Origin: Eledone cirrhosa
Lineage: Eukaryota
Length of the DNA: 64,000 nt
Reading direction: 5' to 3'
Assembly (NCBI GenBank): GCA_964016885.1
Contig: OZ024742.1
Location: 20,026,001 to 20,090,000 of the forward strand
This document shows, in pieces, positions 1 through 12,000 of the stretch (positions are counted from its first letter, which is position 1; every line of letters begins with the position of its first letter). Made by a program: the position numbers and the translations under genes. Below the pieces are notes generated by a model. That model did not search any database. It was not told where the DNA came from and saw only the letters and a program-made list of their open reading frames with translations.

Positions 1-3000
1 ACTTTGTTCTGAGGTTGACTTTGCTCTGAGGATGACTTTGTCCCGAGGTTGACTTTGTCCCGTGGTTGACTTTGTCCTGAGGTTGACTTTGCTCTGAGGT
101 TGACTTTGCTCTGAGGTTGACTTTTCTCTGAGGTTCACTTCGTCCTGAGGCTGACTTTGCTCTGAGGTTGACTTTGTCTTGAGGTTGACTTTGTACTGAG
201 GTTGACTTTGCTCTAAGGTTGACTTTGCTCTGAGGTTGACTTTGCTCTGAGGTTCACTTCGTCCTGAGGCTGACTTTGCTCTGAGGTTGACTTTGTCTTG
301 AGGTTGACTTTGTACTGAGGTTGACCTTGCTCTGAGGTTGACTTTGCTCTGAGGTTGACTTTGTCCTGAGTTTGAATTTGTCCTGAGGTTGACTTTGCTC
401 TGAGGTTGACTTTGTCCTGAGTTTGAATTTGTCCTGAGGTTGACTTTGCTCTGAGGTTGACTTTGCTCTGAGGTTGACTTTGTCCTGAGTTTGAATTTGT
501 CCTGAGGTTGACTTTGTTCCGAGGTTGACTTGACTCTGAGGTTGACTTTGTACCGAGGTTGACTTTGTCCCGAGGTTGACTTTGTCCTGAGGTTGACTTT
601 GATCTGAGGTTGACTTCGCTCTGTGGTTGACTTTGTCCTGAGGTTGACTTTGTCCTGAGGTTGACTTTGCTCTGACGTTTACTTTGTCCTGAGGTTGACT
701 TTGCCCTGAGGTTGATTTTGCTCTGAGGTTGACTTTGTCCTGAGGTTGACTTTGCTCTGAGGTTGACTTTGCTCTGAGGTTGACTTTGCTCTGAGGTTCA
801 CTTCGTCCTGAGGCTGACTTTGCTCTGAGGTTGACTTTGTCTTGAGGTTGACTTTGTACTGAGGTTGACTTTGCTCTAAGGTTGACTTTGCTCTGAGGTT
901 GACTTTGCTCTGAGGTTCACTTCGTCCTGAGGCTGACTTTGCTCTGAGGTTGACTTTGTCTTGAGGTTGACTTTGTACTGAGGTTGACCTTGCTCTGAGG
1001 TTGACTTTGCTCTGAGGTTGACTTTGTCCTGAGTTTGAATTTGTCCTGAGGTTGACTTTGCTCTGAGGTTGACTTTGTCCTGAGTTTGAATTTGTCCTGA
1101 GGTTGACTTTGCTCTGAGCTTGACTTTGCTCTGAGGTTGACTTTGTCCCGAGGTTGACTTTGTCCCGAGGTTGACTTTGCTCTGAGGTTGACTTTGCCCT
1201 GAGGTAGACTTTGTCGTGAGGTTGACTTTGCTCTGAGGTTGACTTTGCTCTGAGGTTGACTTTGTCCTGAGTTTGAATTTGTCCTGAGGTTGACTTTGTT
1301 CCGAGGTTGACTTGACTCTGAGGTTGACTTTGTACCGAGGTTGACTTTGTCCCGAGGTTGACTTTGTCCTGAGGTTGACTTTGATCTGAGGTTGACTTCG
1401 CTCTGTGGTTGACTTTGTCCTGAGGTTGACTTTGTCCTGAGGTTGACTTTGTTCTGAGGTTGATTTTGTCCTGAGGTTGACTTTGTCCTGAGGTTGACTT
1501 TGCTCTGAGGTTCACTTTGCTCTGAGTTTGACTTTGCTCTGAGGTTGACTTTGTCCTGAGGTTGACTTTGTCCTGAGGTTGACTTGGCTCTGAGGTTGAC
1601 TTTGTCCTGAGGTTGACTTTGTCCTGAGATTGACTTTGTCCTGAGGTTGACTTTGTCCTGAGGTTGACTTTGCTCTGACGTTTACTTTGTCCTGAGGTTG
1701 ACTTTGCCCTGAGGTTGATTTTGCTCTGAGGTTGACTTTGTCCTGAGGTTGACTTTGCTCTGAGGTTGACTTTGCTCTGAGGTTGACTTTGCTCTGAGGT
1801 TCACTTCGTCCTGAGGCTGACTTTGCTCTGAGGTTGACTTTGTCCTGAGGTTGACTTTGTCCTGAGGTTGACTTTGCTCTGAGGTTGACTTTGTCCTAAG
1901 GTTGACTTTGTCCTGAGATTGACTTTGTCCTGAGGTTGACTTTGTCCTGAGGTTGACTTTGCTTTGAGGTTGACTTTGCTCTGAGGTTGACTTCGTCCTG
2001 AGGTTGACTTTGCTCTGAGGTTGACTTTGTCCTGAGGTTGACTTTGTCCTGAGGTTGACTTTGTCCTGAAGTTGACTTTGTCCTGAGGTTGACTTTGCTC
2101 TGAGGTTGACTTTGTCCCGAGGTTGACTTTGTCCCGAGGTTGACTTTGTCCTGCGGTTGACTTTGTCCTGATGTTGACTTTGCTCTGAGGTTGACTTTGC
2201 TCTGAGGTTGACTTTGTCCTGTGGTTGACTTTGTCCTGATGTTGACTTTGTCCTGAGGTTGACTTTGCCCTGAGGTTGACTTTGCTCTGAGGCTGACTTT
2301 GCTCTGAGGTTGACTTTGTCCTGAGTTTGACTTTGTCCTGAGGTTGACTTTGTCCTGAGGTTGACTTTGCTCTGAGCTTGACTTTGCTCTGAGGTTGACT
2401 TTGTCCTGAGGTTGACTTTGTCCTGAGGTTGACTTTGTCCTGAGGTTGACTTTGTCCTGAGGTTGACTTTGCCCTGAGGTTGACTTTGCTCTGAGGCTGA
2501 CTTTGCTCTGAGGTTGACTTTGTCCTGAGGTTGACTTTGCCCTGAGGTTGACTTTGTCCTGGGGTTGACTTTGTCCTGAGGTTGACTTTGTCCTGAGGTT
2601 GAATTGGCTCTGAGGTTGACTTTGCTCTGAGGTTGACTTTGTCCCGAGGTTGACTTTGTCCCAAGGTTGACTTTGTCCTGAGGTTGATATGCTCTGAGGT
2701 TGACTTTGTCCTGTGGTTGACTTTGTCTTGAGGTTGACTTTGTCCTGAGGTTGACTTTGCTCTGAGGTTGACTTTGCTCTGAGGTTGACTTTGTCCTGAG
2801 GTTGACTTTGTCCTGAGGTTGACTTTGCTCTGAGGTTGACTTTGCTCTGAGGTTGACTTTGTCCCGAGGTTGACTTTGTCCCGAGGTTGACTTTGTCCTG
2901 AGGTTGACTTTGTCCTGATGTTGACTTTGCTCTGAGGTTGACTTTGCTCTGAGGTTGACTTTGTCCTGTGGTTGACATTGTCCTGAGGTTGACTTTGCCC

Positions 3001-6000
3001 TGAGGTTGACTTTGTCCTGAGGTTGACTTTGTCCTGAGGTTGACTTTGCCCTGAGGTTGACTTTGCTCTGAGGCTGACTTTGCTCTGAGGTTGACTTTGT
3101 CCTGAGGTTGACTTTGTCCTGAGGTTGACTTTGTCCTGAGGTTGACTTTGTCCTGGGGTTGACTTTGTCCTGAGGTTGACTTTGTCCTGAGGTTGAATTG
3201 GCTCTGAGGTTGACTTTGCTCTGAGGTTGACTTTGCTCTGAGGTTGACTTTGTTCTGAGGTTGACTTTGCTCTGAGGTTGACTTTGCCCTGAGGTTGACT
3301 TTGTCCTGAGGTTGACTTTGCTCTGAGGTTGACTTTGCTCTGAGGTTGATTTTGTTCTGAGGTTGACTTTGCCCTGAGGTTGATTTTGCTCTGAGGTTGA
3401 CTTTGTCCTGAGGTTGACTTTATCCTGAGGTTGACTTTGTCCTGAGGTTGACTTTGCTCTGAGGTTCACTTTGCTCTGCGGTTGACTTTGCTCTGAGGTT
3501 GACTTTGTCCTGAGGTTGACTTTGTCCTGAGGTTGACTTTGTTCTGAGGTTGACTTTGCTCTGAGGATGACTTTGTCCCGAGGTTGACTTTGTCCCGTGG
3601 TTGACTTTGTCCTGAGGTTGACTTTGCTCTGAGGTTGACTTTGCTCTGAGGTTGACTTTTCTCTGAGGTTCACTTCGTCCTGAGGCTGACTTTGCTCTGA
3701 GGTTGACTTTGTCTTGAGGTTGACTTTGTACTGAGGTTGACTTTGCTCTAAGGTTGACTTTGCTCTGAGGTTGACTTTGCTCTGAGGTTCACTTCGTCCT
3801 GAGGCTGACTTTGCTCTGAGGTTGACTTTGTCTTGAGGTTGACTTTGTACTGAGGTTGACCTTGCTCTGAGGTTGACTTTGCTCTGAGGTTGACTTTGTC
3901 CTGAGTTTGAATTTGTCCTGAGGTTGACTTTGCTCTGAGGTTGACTTTGTCCTGAGTTTGAATTTGTCCTGAGGTTGACTTTGCTCTGAGGTTGACTTTG
4001 CTCTGAGGTTGACTTTGTCCTGAGTTTGAATTTGTCCTGAGGTTGACTTTGTTCCGAGGTTGACTTGACTCTGAGGTTGACTTTGTACCGAGGTTGACTT
4101 TGTCCCGAGGTTGACTTTGTCCTGAGGTTGACTTTGATCTGAGGTTGACTTCGCTCTGTGGTTGACTTTGTCCTGAGGTTGACTTTGTCCTGAGGTTGAC
4201 TTTGCTCTGACGTTTACTTTGTCCTGAGGTTGACTTTGCCCTGAGGTTGATTTTGCTCTGAGGTTGACTTTGTCCTGAGGTTGACTTTGCTCTGAGGTTG
4301 ACTTTGCTCTGAGGTTGACTTTGCTCTGAGGTTCACTTCGTCCTGAGGCTGACTTTGCTCTGAGGTTGACTTTGTCCTGATGTTGACTTTGACCTGAGGT
4401 TGACTTTGCTCTGAGGTTGACTTTGTCCTAAGGTTGACTTTGTCCTGAGATTGACTTTGTCCTGAGGTTGACTTTGTCCTGAGGTTGACTTTGCTTTGAG
4501 GTTGACTTTGCTCTGAGGTTGACTTCGTCCTGAGGTTGACTTGGCACTGAGGTTGACTTTGTCCTGAGGTTGACTTTGCTCTGAGGTTGACTTTGTCCTG
4601 AGGTTGACTTTGTCCTGAGGTTGACTTTGTCCTGAGGTTGACTTTGTCCTGAGGTTGACTTTGCTCTGAGGTTGACTTTGTCCCGAGGTTGACTTTGTCC
4701 CGAGGTTGACTTTGTCCTGCGGTTGACTTTGTCCTGATGTTGACTTTGCTCTGAGGTTGACTTTGCTCTGAGGTTGACTTTGTCCTGTGGTTGACTTTGT
4801 CCTGATGTTGACTTTGTCCTGAGGTTGACTTTGCCCTGAGGTTGACTTTGCTCTGAGGCTGACTTTGCTCTGAGGTTGACTTTGTCCTGAGTTTGACTTT
4901 GTCCTGAGGTTGACTTTGTCCTGAGGTTGACTTTGCTCTGAGCTTGACTTTGCTCTGAGGTTGACTTTGTCCTGAGGTTGACTTTGTCCTGAGGTTGACT
5001 TTGTCCTGAGGTTGACTTTGTCCTGAGGTTGACTTTGCCCTGAGGTTGACTTTGCTCTGAGGCTGACTTTGCTCTGAGGTTGACTTTGTCCTGAGGTTGA
5101 CTTTGCCCTGAGGTTGACTTTGTCCTGGGGTTGACTTTGTCCTGAGGTTGACTTTGTCCTGAGGTTGAATTGGCTCTGAGGTTGACTTTGCTCTGAGGTT
5201 GACTTTGTCCCGAGGTTGACTTTGTCCCAAGGTTGACTTTGTCCTGAGGTTGATATGCTCTGAGGTTGACTTTGTCCTGTGGTTGACTTTGTCTTGAGGT
5301 TGACTTTGTCCTGAGGTTGACTTTGCTCTGAGGTTGACTTTGCTCTGAGGTTGACTTTGTCCTGAGGTTGACTTTGTCCTGAGGTTGACTTTGCTCTGAG
5401 GTTGACTTTGCTCTGAGGTTGACTTTGTCCCGAGGTTGACTTTGTCCCGAGGTTGACTTTGTCCTGAGGTTGACTTTGTCCTGATGTTGACTTTGCTCTG
5501 AGGTTGACTTTGCTCTGAGGTTGACTTTGTCCTGTGGTTGACATTGTCCTGAGGTTGACTTTGCCCTGAGGTTGACTTTGTCCTGAGGTTGACTTTGTCC
5601 TGAGGTTGACTTTGCCCTGAGGTTGACTTTGCTCTGAGGCTGACTTTGCTCTGAGGTTGACTTTGTCCTGAGGTTGACTTTGTCCTGAGGTTGACTTTGT
5701 CCTGAGGTTGACTTTGTCCTGGGGTTGACTTTGTCCTGAGGTTGACTTTGTCCTGAGGTTGAATTGGCTCTGAGGTTGACTTTGCTCTGAGGTTGACTTT
5801 GCTCTGAGGTTGACTTTGCCCTGAGGTTGACTTTGTCCTGGGGTTGACTTTGTCCTGAGGTTGACTTTGTCCTGAGGTTGAATTGGCTCTGAGGTTGACT
5901 TTGCTCTGAGGTTGACTTTGTCCCGAGGTTGACTTTGTCCCAAGGTTGACTTTGTCCTGAGGTTGATATGCTCTGAGGTTGACTTTGTCCTGTGGTTGAC

Positions 6001-9000
6001 TTTGTCTTGAGGTTGACTTTGTCCTGAGGTTGACTTTGCTCTGAGGTTGACTTTGCTCTGAGGTTGACTTTGTCCTGAGGTTGACTTTGTCCTGAGGTTG
6101 ACTTTGCTCTGAGGTTGACTTTGCTCTGAGGTTGACTTTGTCCCGAGGTTGACTTTGTCCCGAGGTTGACTTTGTCCTGAGGTTGACTTTGTCCTGATGT
6201 TGACTTTGCTCTGAGGTTGACTTTGCTCTGAGGTTGACTTTGTCCTGTGGTTGACATTGTCCTGAGGTTGACTTTGCCCTGAGGTTGACTTTGTCCTGAG
6301 GTTGACTTTGTCCTGAGGTTGACTTTGCCCTGAGGTTGACTTTGCTCTGAGGCTGACTTTGCTCTGAGGTTGACTTTGTCCTGAGGTTGACTTTGTCCTG
6401 AGGTTGACTTTGTCCTGAGGTTGACTTTGTCCTGGGGTTGACTTTGTCCTGAGGTTGACTTTGTCCTGAGGTTGAATTGGCTCTGAGGTTGACTTTGCTC
6501 TGAGGTTGACTTTGCTCTGAGGTTGACTTTGTTCTGAGGTTGACTTTGCTCTGAGGTTGACTTTGCCCTGAGGTTGACTTTGTCCTGAGGTTGACTTTGC
6601 TCTGAGGTTGACTTTGCTCTGAGGTTGATTTTGTTCTGAGGTTGACTTTGCCCTGAGGTTGATTTTGCTCTGAGGTTGACTTTGTCCTGAGGTTGACTTT
6701 ATCCTGAGGTTGACTTTGTCCTGAGGTTGACTTTGCTCTGAGGTTCACTTTGCTCTGCGGTTGACTTTGCTCTGAGGTTGACTTTGTCCTGAGGTTGACT
6801 TTGTCCTGAGGTTGACTTTGTTCTGAGGTTGACTTTGCTCTGAGGATGACTTTGTCCCGAGGTTGACTTTGTCCCGTGGTTGACTTTGTCCTGAGGTTGA
6901 CTTTGCTCTGAGGTTGACTTTGCTCTGAGGTTGACTTTTCTCTGAGGTTCACTTCGTCCTGAGGCTGACTTTGCTCTGAGGTTGACTTTGTCTTGAGGTT
7001 GACTTTGTACTGAGGTTGACTTTGCTCTAAGGTTGACTTTGCTCTGAGGTTGACTTTGCTCTGAGGTTCACTTCGTCCTGAGGCTGACTTTGCTCTGAGG
7101 TTGACTTTGTCTTGAGGTTGACTTTGTACTGAGGTTGACCTTGCTCTGAGGTTGACTTTGCTCTGAGGTTGACTTTGTCCTGAGTTTGAATTTGTCCTGA
7201 GGTTGACTTTGCTCTGAGGTTGACTTTGTCCTGAGTTTGAATTTGTCCTGAGGTTGACTTTGCTCTGAGGTTGACTTTGCTCTGAGGTTGACTTTGTCCT
7301 GAGTTTGAATTTGTCCTGAGGTTGACTTTGTTCCGAGGTTGACTTGACTCTGAGGTTGACTTTGTACCGAGGTTGACTTTGTCCCGAGGTTGACTTTGTC
7401 CTGAGGTTGACTTTGATCTGAGGTTGACTTCGCTCTGTGGTTGACTTTGTCCTGAGGTTGACTTTGTCCTGAGGTTGACTTTGCTCTGACGTTTACTTTG
7501 TCCTGAGGTTGACTTTGCCCTGAGGTTGATTTTGCTCTGAGGTTGACTTTGTCCTGAGGTTGACTTTGCTCTGAGGTTGACTTTGCTCTGAGGTTGACTT
7601 TGCTCTGAGGTTCACTTCGTCCTGAGGCTGACTTTGCTCTGAGGTTGACTTTGTCCTGATGTTGACTTTGACCTGAGGTTGACTTTGCTCTGAGGTTGAC
7701 TTTGTCCTAAGGTTGACTTTGTCCTGAGATTGACTTTGTCCTGAGGTTGACTTTGTCCTGAGGTTGACTTTGCTTTGAGGTTGACTTTGCTCTGAGGTTG
7801 ACTTCGTCCTGAGGTTGACTTGGCACTGAGGTTGACTTTGTCCTGAGGTTGACTTTGCTCTGAGGTTGACTTTGTCCTGAGGTTGACTTTGTCCTGAGGT
7901 TGACTTTGTCCTGAGGTTGACTTTGTCCTGAGGTTGACTTTGCTCTGAGGTTGACTTTGTCCCGAGGTTGACTTTGTCCCGAGGTTGACTTTGTCCTGCG
8001 GTTGACTTTGTCCTGATGTTGACTTTGCTCTGAGGTTGACTTTGCTCTGAGGTTGACTTTGTCCTGTGGTTGACTTTGTCCTGATGTTGACTTTGTCCTG
8101 AGGTTGACTTTGCCCTGAGGTTGACTTTGCTCTGAGGCTGACTTTGCTCTGAGGTTGACTTTGTCCTGAGTTTGACTTTGTCCTGAGGTTGACTTTGTCC
8201 TGAGGTTGACTTTGCTCTGAGCTTGACTTTGCTCTGAGGTTGACTTTGTCCTGAGGTTGACTTTGTCCTGAGGTTGACTTTGTCCTGAGGTTGACTTTGT
8301 CCTGAGGTTGACTTTGCCCTGAGGTTGACTTTGCTCTGAGGCTGACTTTGCTCTGAGGTTGACTTTGTCCTGAGTTTGACTTTGCCCTGAGGTTGACTTT
8401 GTCCTGGGGTTGACTTTGTCCTGAGGTTGACTTTGTCCTGAGGTTGAATTGGCTCTGAGGTTGACTTTGCTCTGAGGTTGACTTTGTCCCGAGGTTGACT
8501 TTGTCCCAAGGTTGACTTTGTCCTGAGGTTGATATGCTCTGAGGTTGACTTTGTCCTGTGGTTGACTTTGTCTTGAGGTTGACTTTGTCCTGAGGTTGAC
8601 TTTGCTCTGAGGTTGACTTTGCTCTGAGGTTGACTTTGTCCTGAGGTTGACTTTGTCCTGAGGTTGACTTTGCTCTGAGGTTGACTTTGCTCTGAGGTTG
8701 ACTTTGTCCCGAGGTTGACTTTGTCCCGAGGTTGACTTTGTCCTGAGGTTGACTTTGTCCTGATGTTGACTTTGCTCTGAGGTTGACTTTGCTCTGAGGT
8801 TGACTTTGTCCTGTGGTTGACATTGTCCTGAGGTTGACTTTGCCCTGAGGTTGACTTTGTCCTGAGGTTGACTTTGTCCTGAGGTTGACTTTGCCCTGAG
8901 GTTGACTTTGCTCTGAGGCTGACTTTGCTCTGAGGTTGACTTTGTCCTGAGGTTGACTTTGTCCTGAGGTTGACTTTGTCCTGAGGTTGACTTTGTCCTG

Positions 9001-12000
9001 GGGTTGACTTTGTCCTGAGGTTGACTTTGTCCTGAGGTTGAATTGGCTCTGAGGTTGACTTTGCTCTGAGGTTGACTTTGCTCTGAGGTTGACTTTGTTC
9101 TGAGGTTGACTTTGCTCTGAGGTTGACTTTGCCCTGAGGTTGACTTTGTCCTGAGGTTGACTTTGCTCTGAGGTTGACTTTGCTCTGAGGTTGATTTTGT
9201 TCTGAGGTTGACTTTGCCCTGAGGTTGATTTTGCTCTGAGGTTGACTTTGTCCTGAGGTTGACTTTATCCTGAGGTTGACTTTGTCCTGAGGTTGACTTT
9301 GCTCTGAGGTTCACTTTGCTCTGCGGTTGACTTTGCTCTGAGGTTGACTTTGTCCTGAGGTTGACTTTGTCCTGAGGTTGACTTTGTTCTGAGGTTGACT
9401 TTGCTCTGAGGATGACTTTGTCCCGAGGTTGACTTTGTCCCGTGGTTGACTTTGTCCTGAGGTTGACTTTGCTCTGAGGTTGACTTTGCTCTGAGGTTGA
9501 CTTTTCTCTGAGGTTCACTTCGTCCTGAGGCTGACTTTGCTCTGAGGTTGACTTTGTCTTGAGGTTGACTTTGTACTGAGGTTGACTTTGCTCTAAGGTT
9601 GACTTTGCTCTGAGGTTGACTTTGCTCTGAGGTTCACTTCGTCCTGAGGCTGACTTTGCTCTGAGGTTGACTTTGTCTTGAGGTTGACTTTGTACTGAGG
9701 TTGACCTTGCTCTGAGGTTGACTTTGCTCTGAGGTTGACTTTGTCCTGAGTTTGAATTTGTCCTGAGGTTGACTTTGCTCTGAGGTTGACTTTGTCCTGA
9801 GTTTGAATTTGTCCTGAGGTTGACTTTGCTCTGAGCTTGACTTTGCTCTGAGGTTGACTTTGTCCCGAGGTTGACTTTGTCCCGAGGTTGACTTTGCTCT
9901 GAGGTTGACTTTGCCCTGAGGTTGACTTTGTCCTGAGGTTGACTTTGCTCTGAGGTTGACTTTGCTCTGAGGTTGACTTTGTCCTGAGTTTGAATTTGTC
10001 CTGAGGTTGACTTTGTTCCGAGGTTGACTTGACTCTGAGGTTGACTTTGTACCGAGGTTGACTTTGTCCCGAGGTTGACTTTGTCCTGAGGTTGACTTTG
10101 ATCTGAGGTTGACTTCGCTCTGTGGTTGACTTTGTCCTGAGGTTGACTTTGTCCTGAGGTTGACTTTGTTCTGAGGTTGATTTTGTCCTGAGGTTGACTT
10201 TGTCCTGAGGTTGACTTTGCTCTGAGGTTCACTTTGCTCTGAGTTTGACTTTGCTCTGAGGTTGACTTTGTCCTGAGGTTGACTTTGTCCTGAGGTTGAC
10301 TTGGCTCTGAGGTTGACTTTGTCCTGAGGTTGACTTTGTCCTGAGATTGACTTTGTCCTGAGGTTGACTTTGTCCTGAGGTTGACTTTGCTCTGACGTTT
10401 ACTTTGTCCTGAGGTTGACTTTGCCCTGAGGTTGATTTTGCTCTGAGGTTGACTTTGTCCTGAGGTTGACTTTGCTCTGAGGTTGACTTTGCTCTGAGGT
10501 TGACTTTGCTCTGAGGTTCACTTCGTCCTGAGGCTGACTTTGCTCTGAGGTTGACTTTGTCCTGAGGTTGACTTTGTCCTGAGGTTGACTTTGCTCTGAG
10601 GTTGACTTTGTCCTAAGGTTGACTTTGTCCTGAGATTGACTTTGTCCTGAGGTTGACTTTGTCCTGAGGTTGACTTTGCTTTGAGGTTGACTTTGCTCTG
10701 AGGTTGACTTCGTCCTGAGGTTGACTTGGCACTGAGGTTGACTTTGTCCTGAGGTTGACTTTGCTCTGAGGTTGACTTTGTCCTGAGGTTGACTTTGTCC
10801 TGAGGTTGACTTTGTCCTGAGGTTGACTTTGTCCTGAGGTTGACTTTGCTCTGAGGTTGACTTTGTCCTGAGGTTGACTTTGCTCTGAGGTTGACTTTGT
10901 CCTGAGGTTGACTTTGTCCCGAGGTTGACTTTGTCCTGAGGTTGACTTTGTCCTGAGGTTGACTCTGCCCTGAGGTTGACTTTGTCCTGAGGTTGACTTT
11001 GCTCTGAGGTTGACTTTGTCCTGAGGTTGACTTTGCTCTGAGGTTGACTTTGTCCTGAGGTTGACTTTGTCCTGAGGTTGACTTTGTCCTGAGGTTGACT
11101 TTGTTCTGAGGTTCACTTTGTCCTGAGGTTGACTTTGTCCTGAGGTTGACTTTGTCCTGAGGTTGACTTTGCTCTGAGGTTGACTTTGTCCTGTGGTTGA
11201 CATTGTCCTGAGGTTGACTTTGTCCTGAGGTTGACTTTGTCCTGAGGTTGACTTTGCCCTGAGGTTGACTTTGCTCTGAGGCTGACTTTGCTCTGAGGTT
11301 GACTTTGTCCTGAGGTTGACTTTGTCCTGAGGTTGACTTTGTCCTGAGGTTGACTTTGTCCTGGGGTTGACTTTGTCCTGAGGTTGACTTTGTCCTGAGG
11401 TTGAATTGGCTCTGAGGTTGACTTTGCTCTGAGGTTGACTTTGCTCTGAGGTTGACTTTGTTCTGAGGTTGACTTTGCTCTGAGGTTGACTTTGCCCTGA
11501 GGTTGACTTTGTCCTGAGGTTGACTTTGCTCTGAGGTTGACTTTGCTCTGAGGTTGATTTTGTTCTGAGGTTGACTTTGCCCTGAGGTTGATTTTGCTCT
11601 GAGGTTGACTTTGTCCTGAGGTTGACTTTATCCTGAGGTTGACTTTGTCCTGAGGTTGACTTTGCTCTGAGGTTCACTTTGCTCTGCGGTTGACTTTGCT
11701 CTGAGGTTGACTTTGTCCTGAGGTTGACTTTGTCCTGAGGTTGACTTTGTTCTGAGGTTGACTTTGCTCTGAGGATGACTTTGTCCCGAGGTTGACTTTG
11801 TCCCGTGGTTGACTTTGTCCTGAGGTTGACTTTGCTCTGAGGTTGACTTTGCTCTGAGGTTGACTTTTCTCTGAGGTTCACTTCGTCCTGAGGCTGACTT
11901 TGCTCTGAGGTTGACTTTGTCTTGAGGTTGACTTTGTACTGAGGTTGACTTTGCTCTAAGGTTGACTTTGCTCTGAGGTTGACTTTGCTCTGAGGTTCAC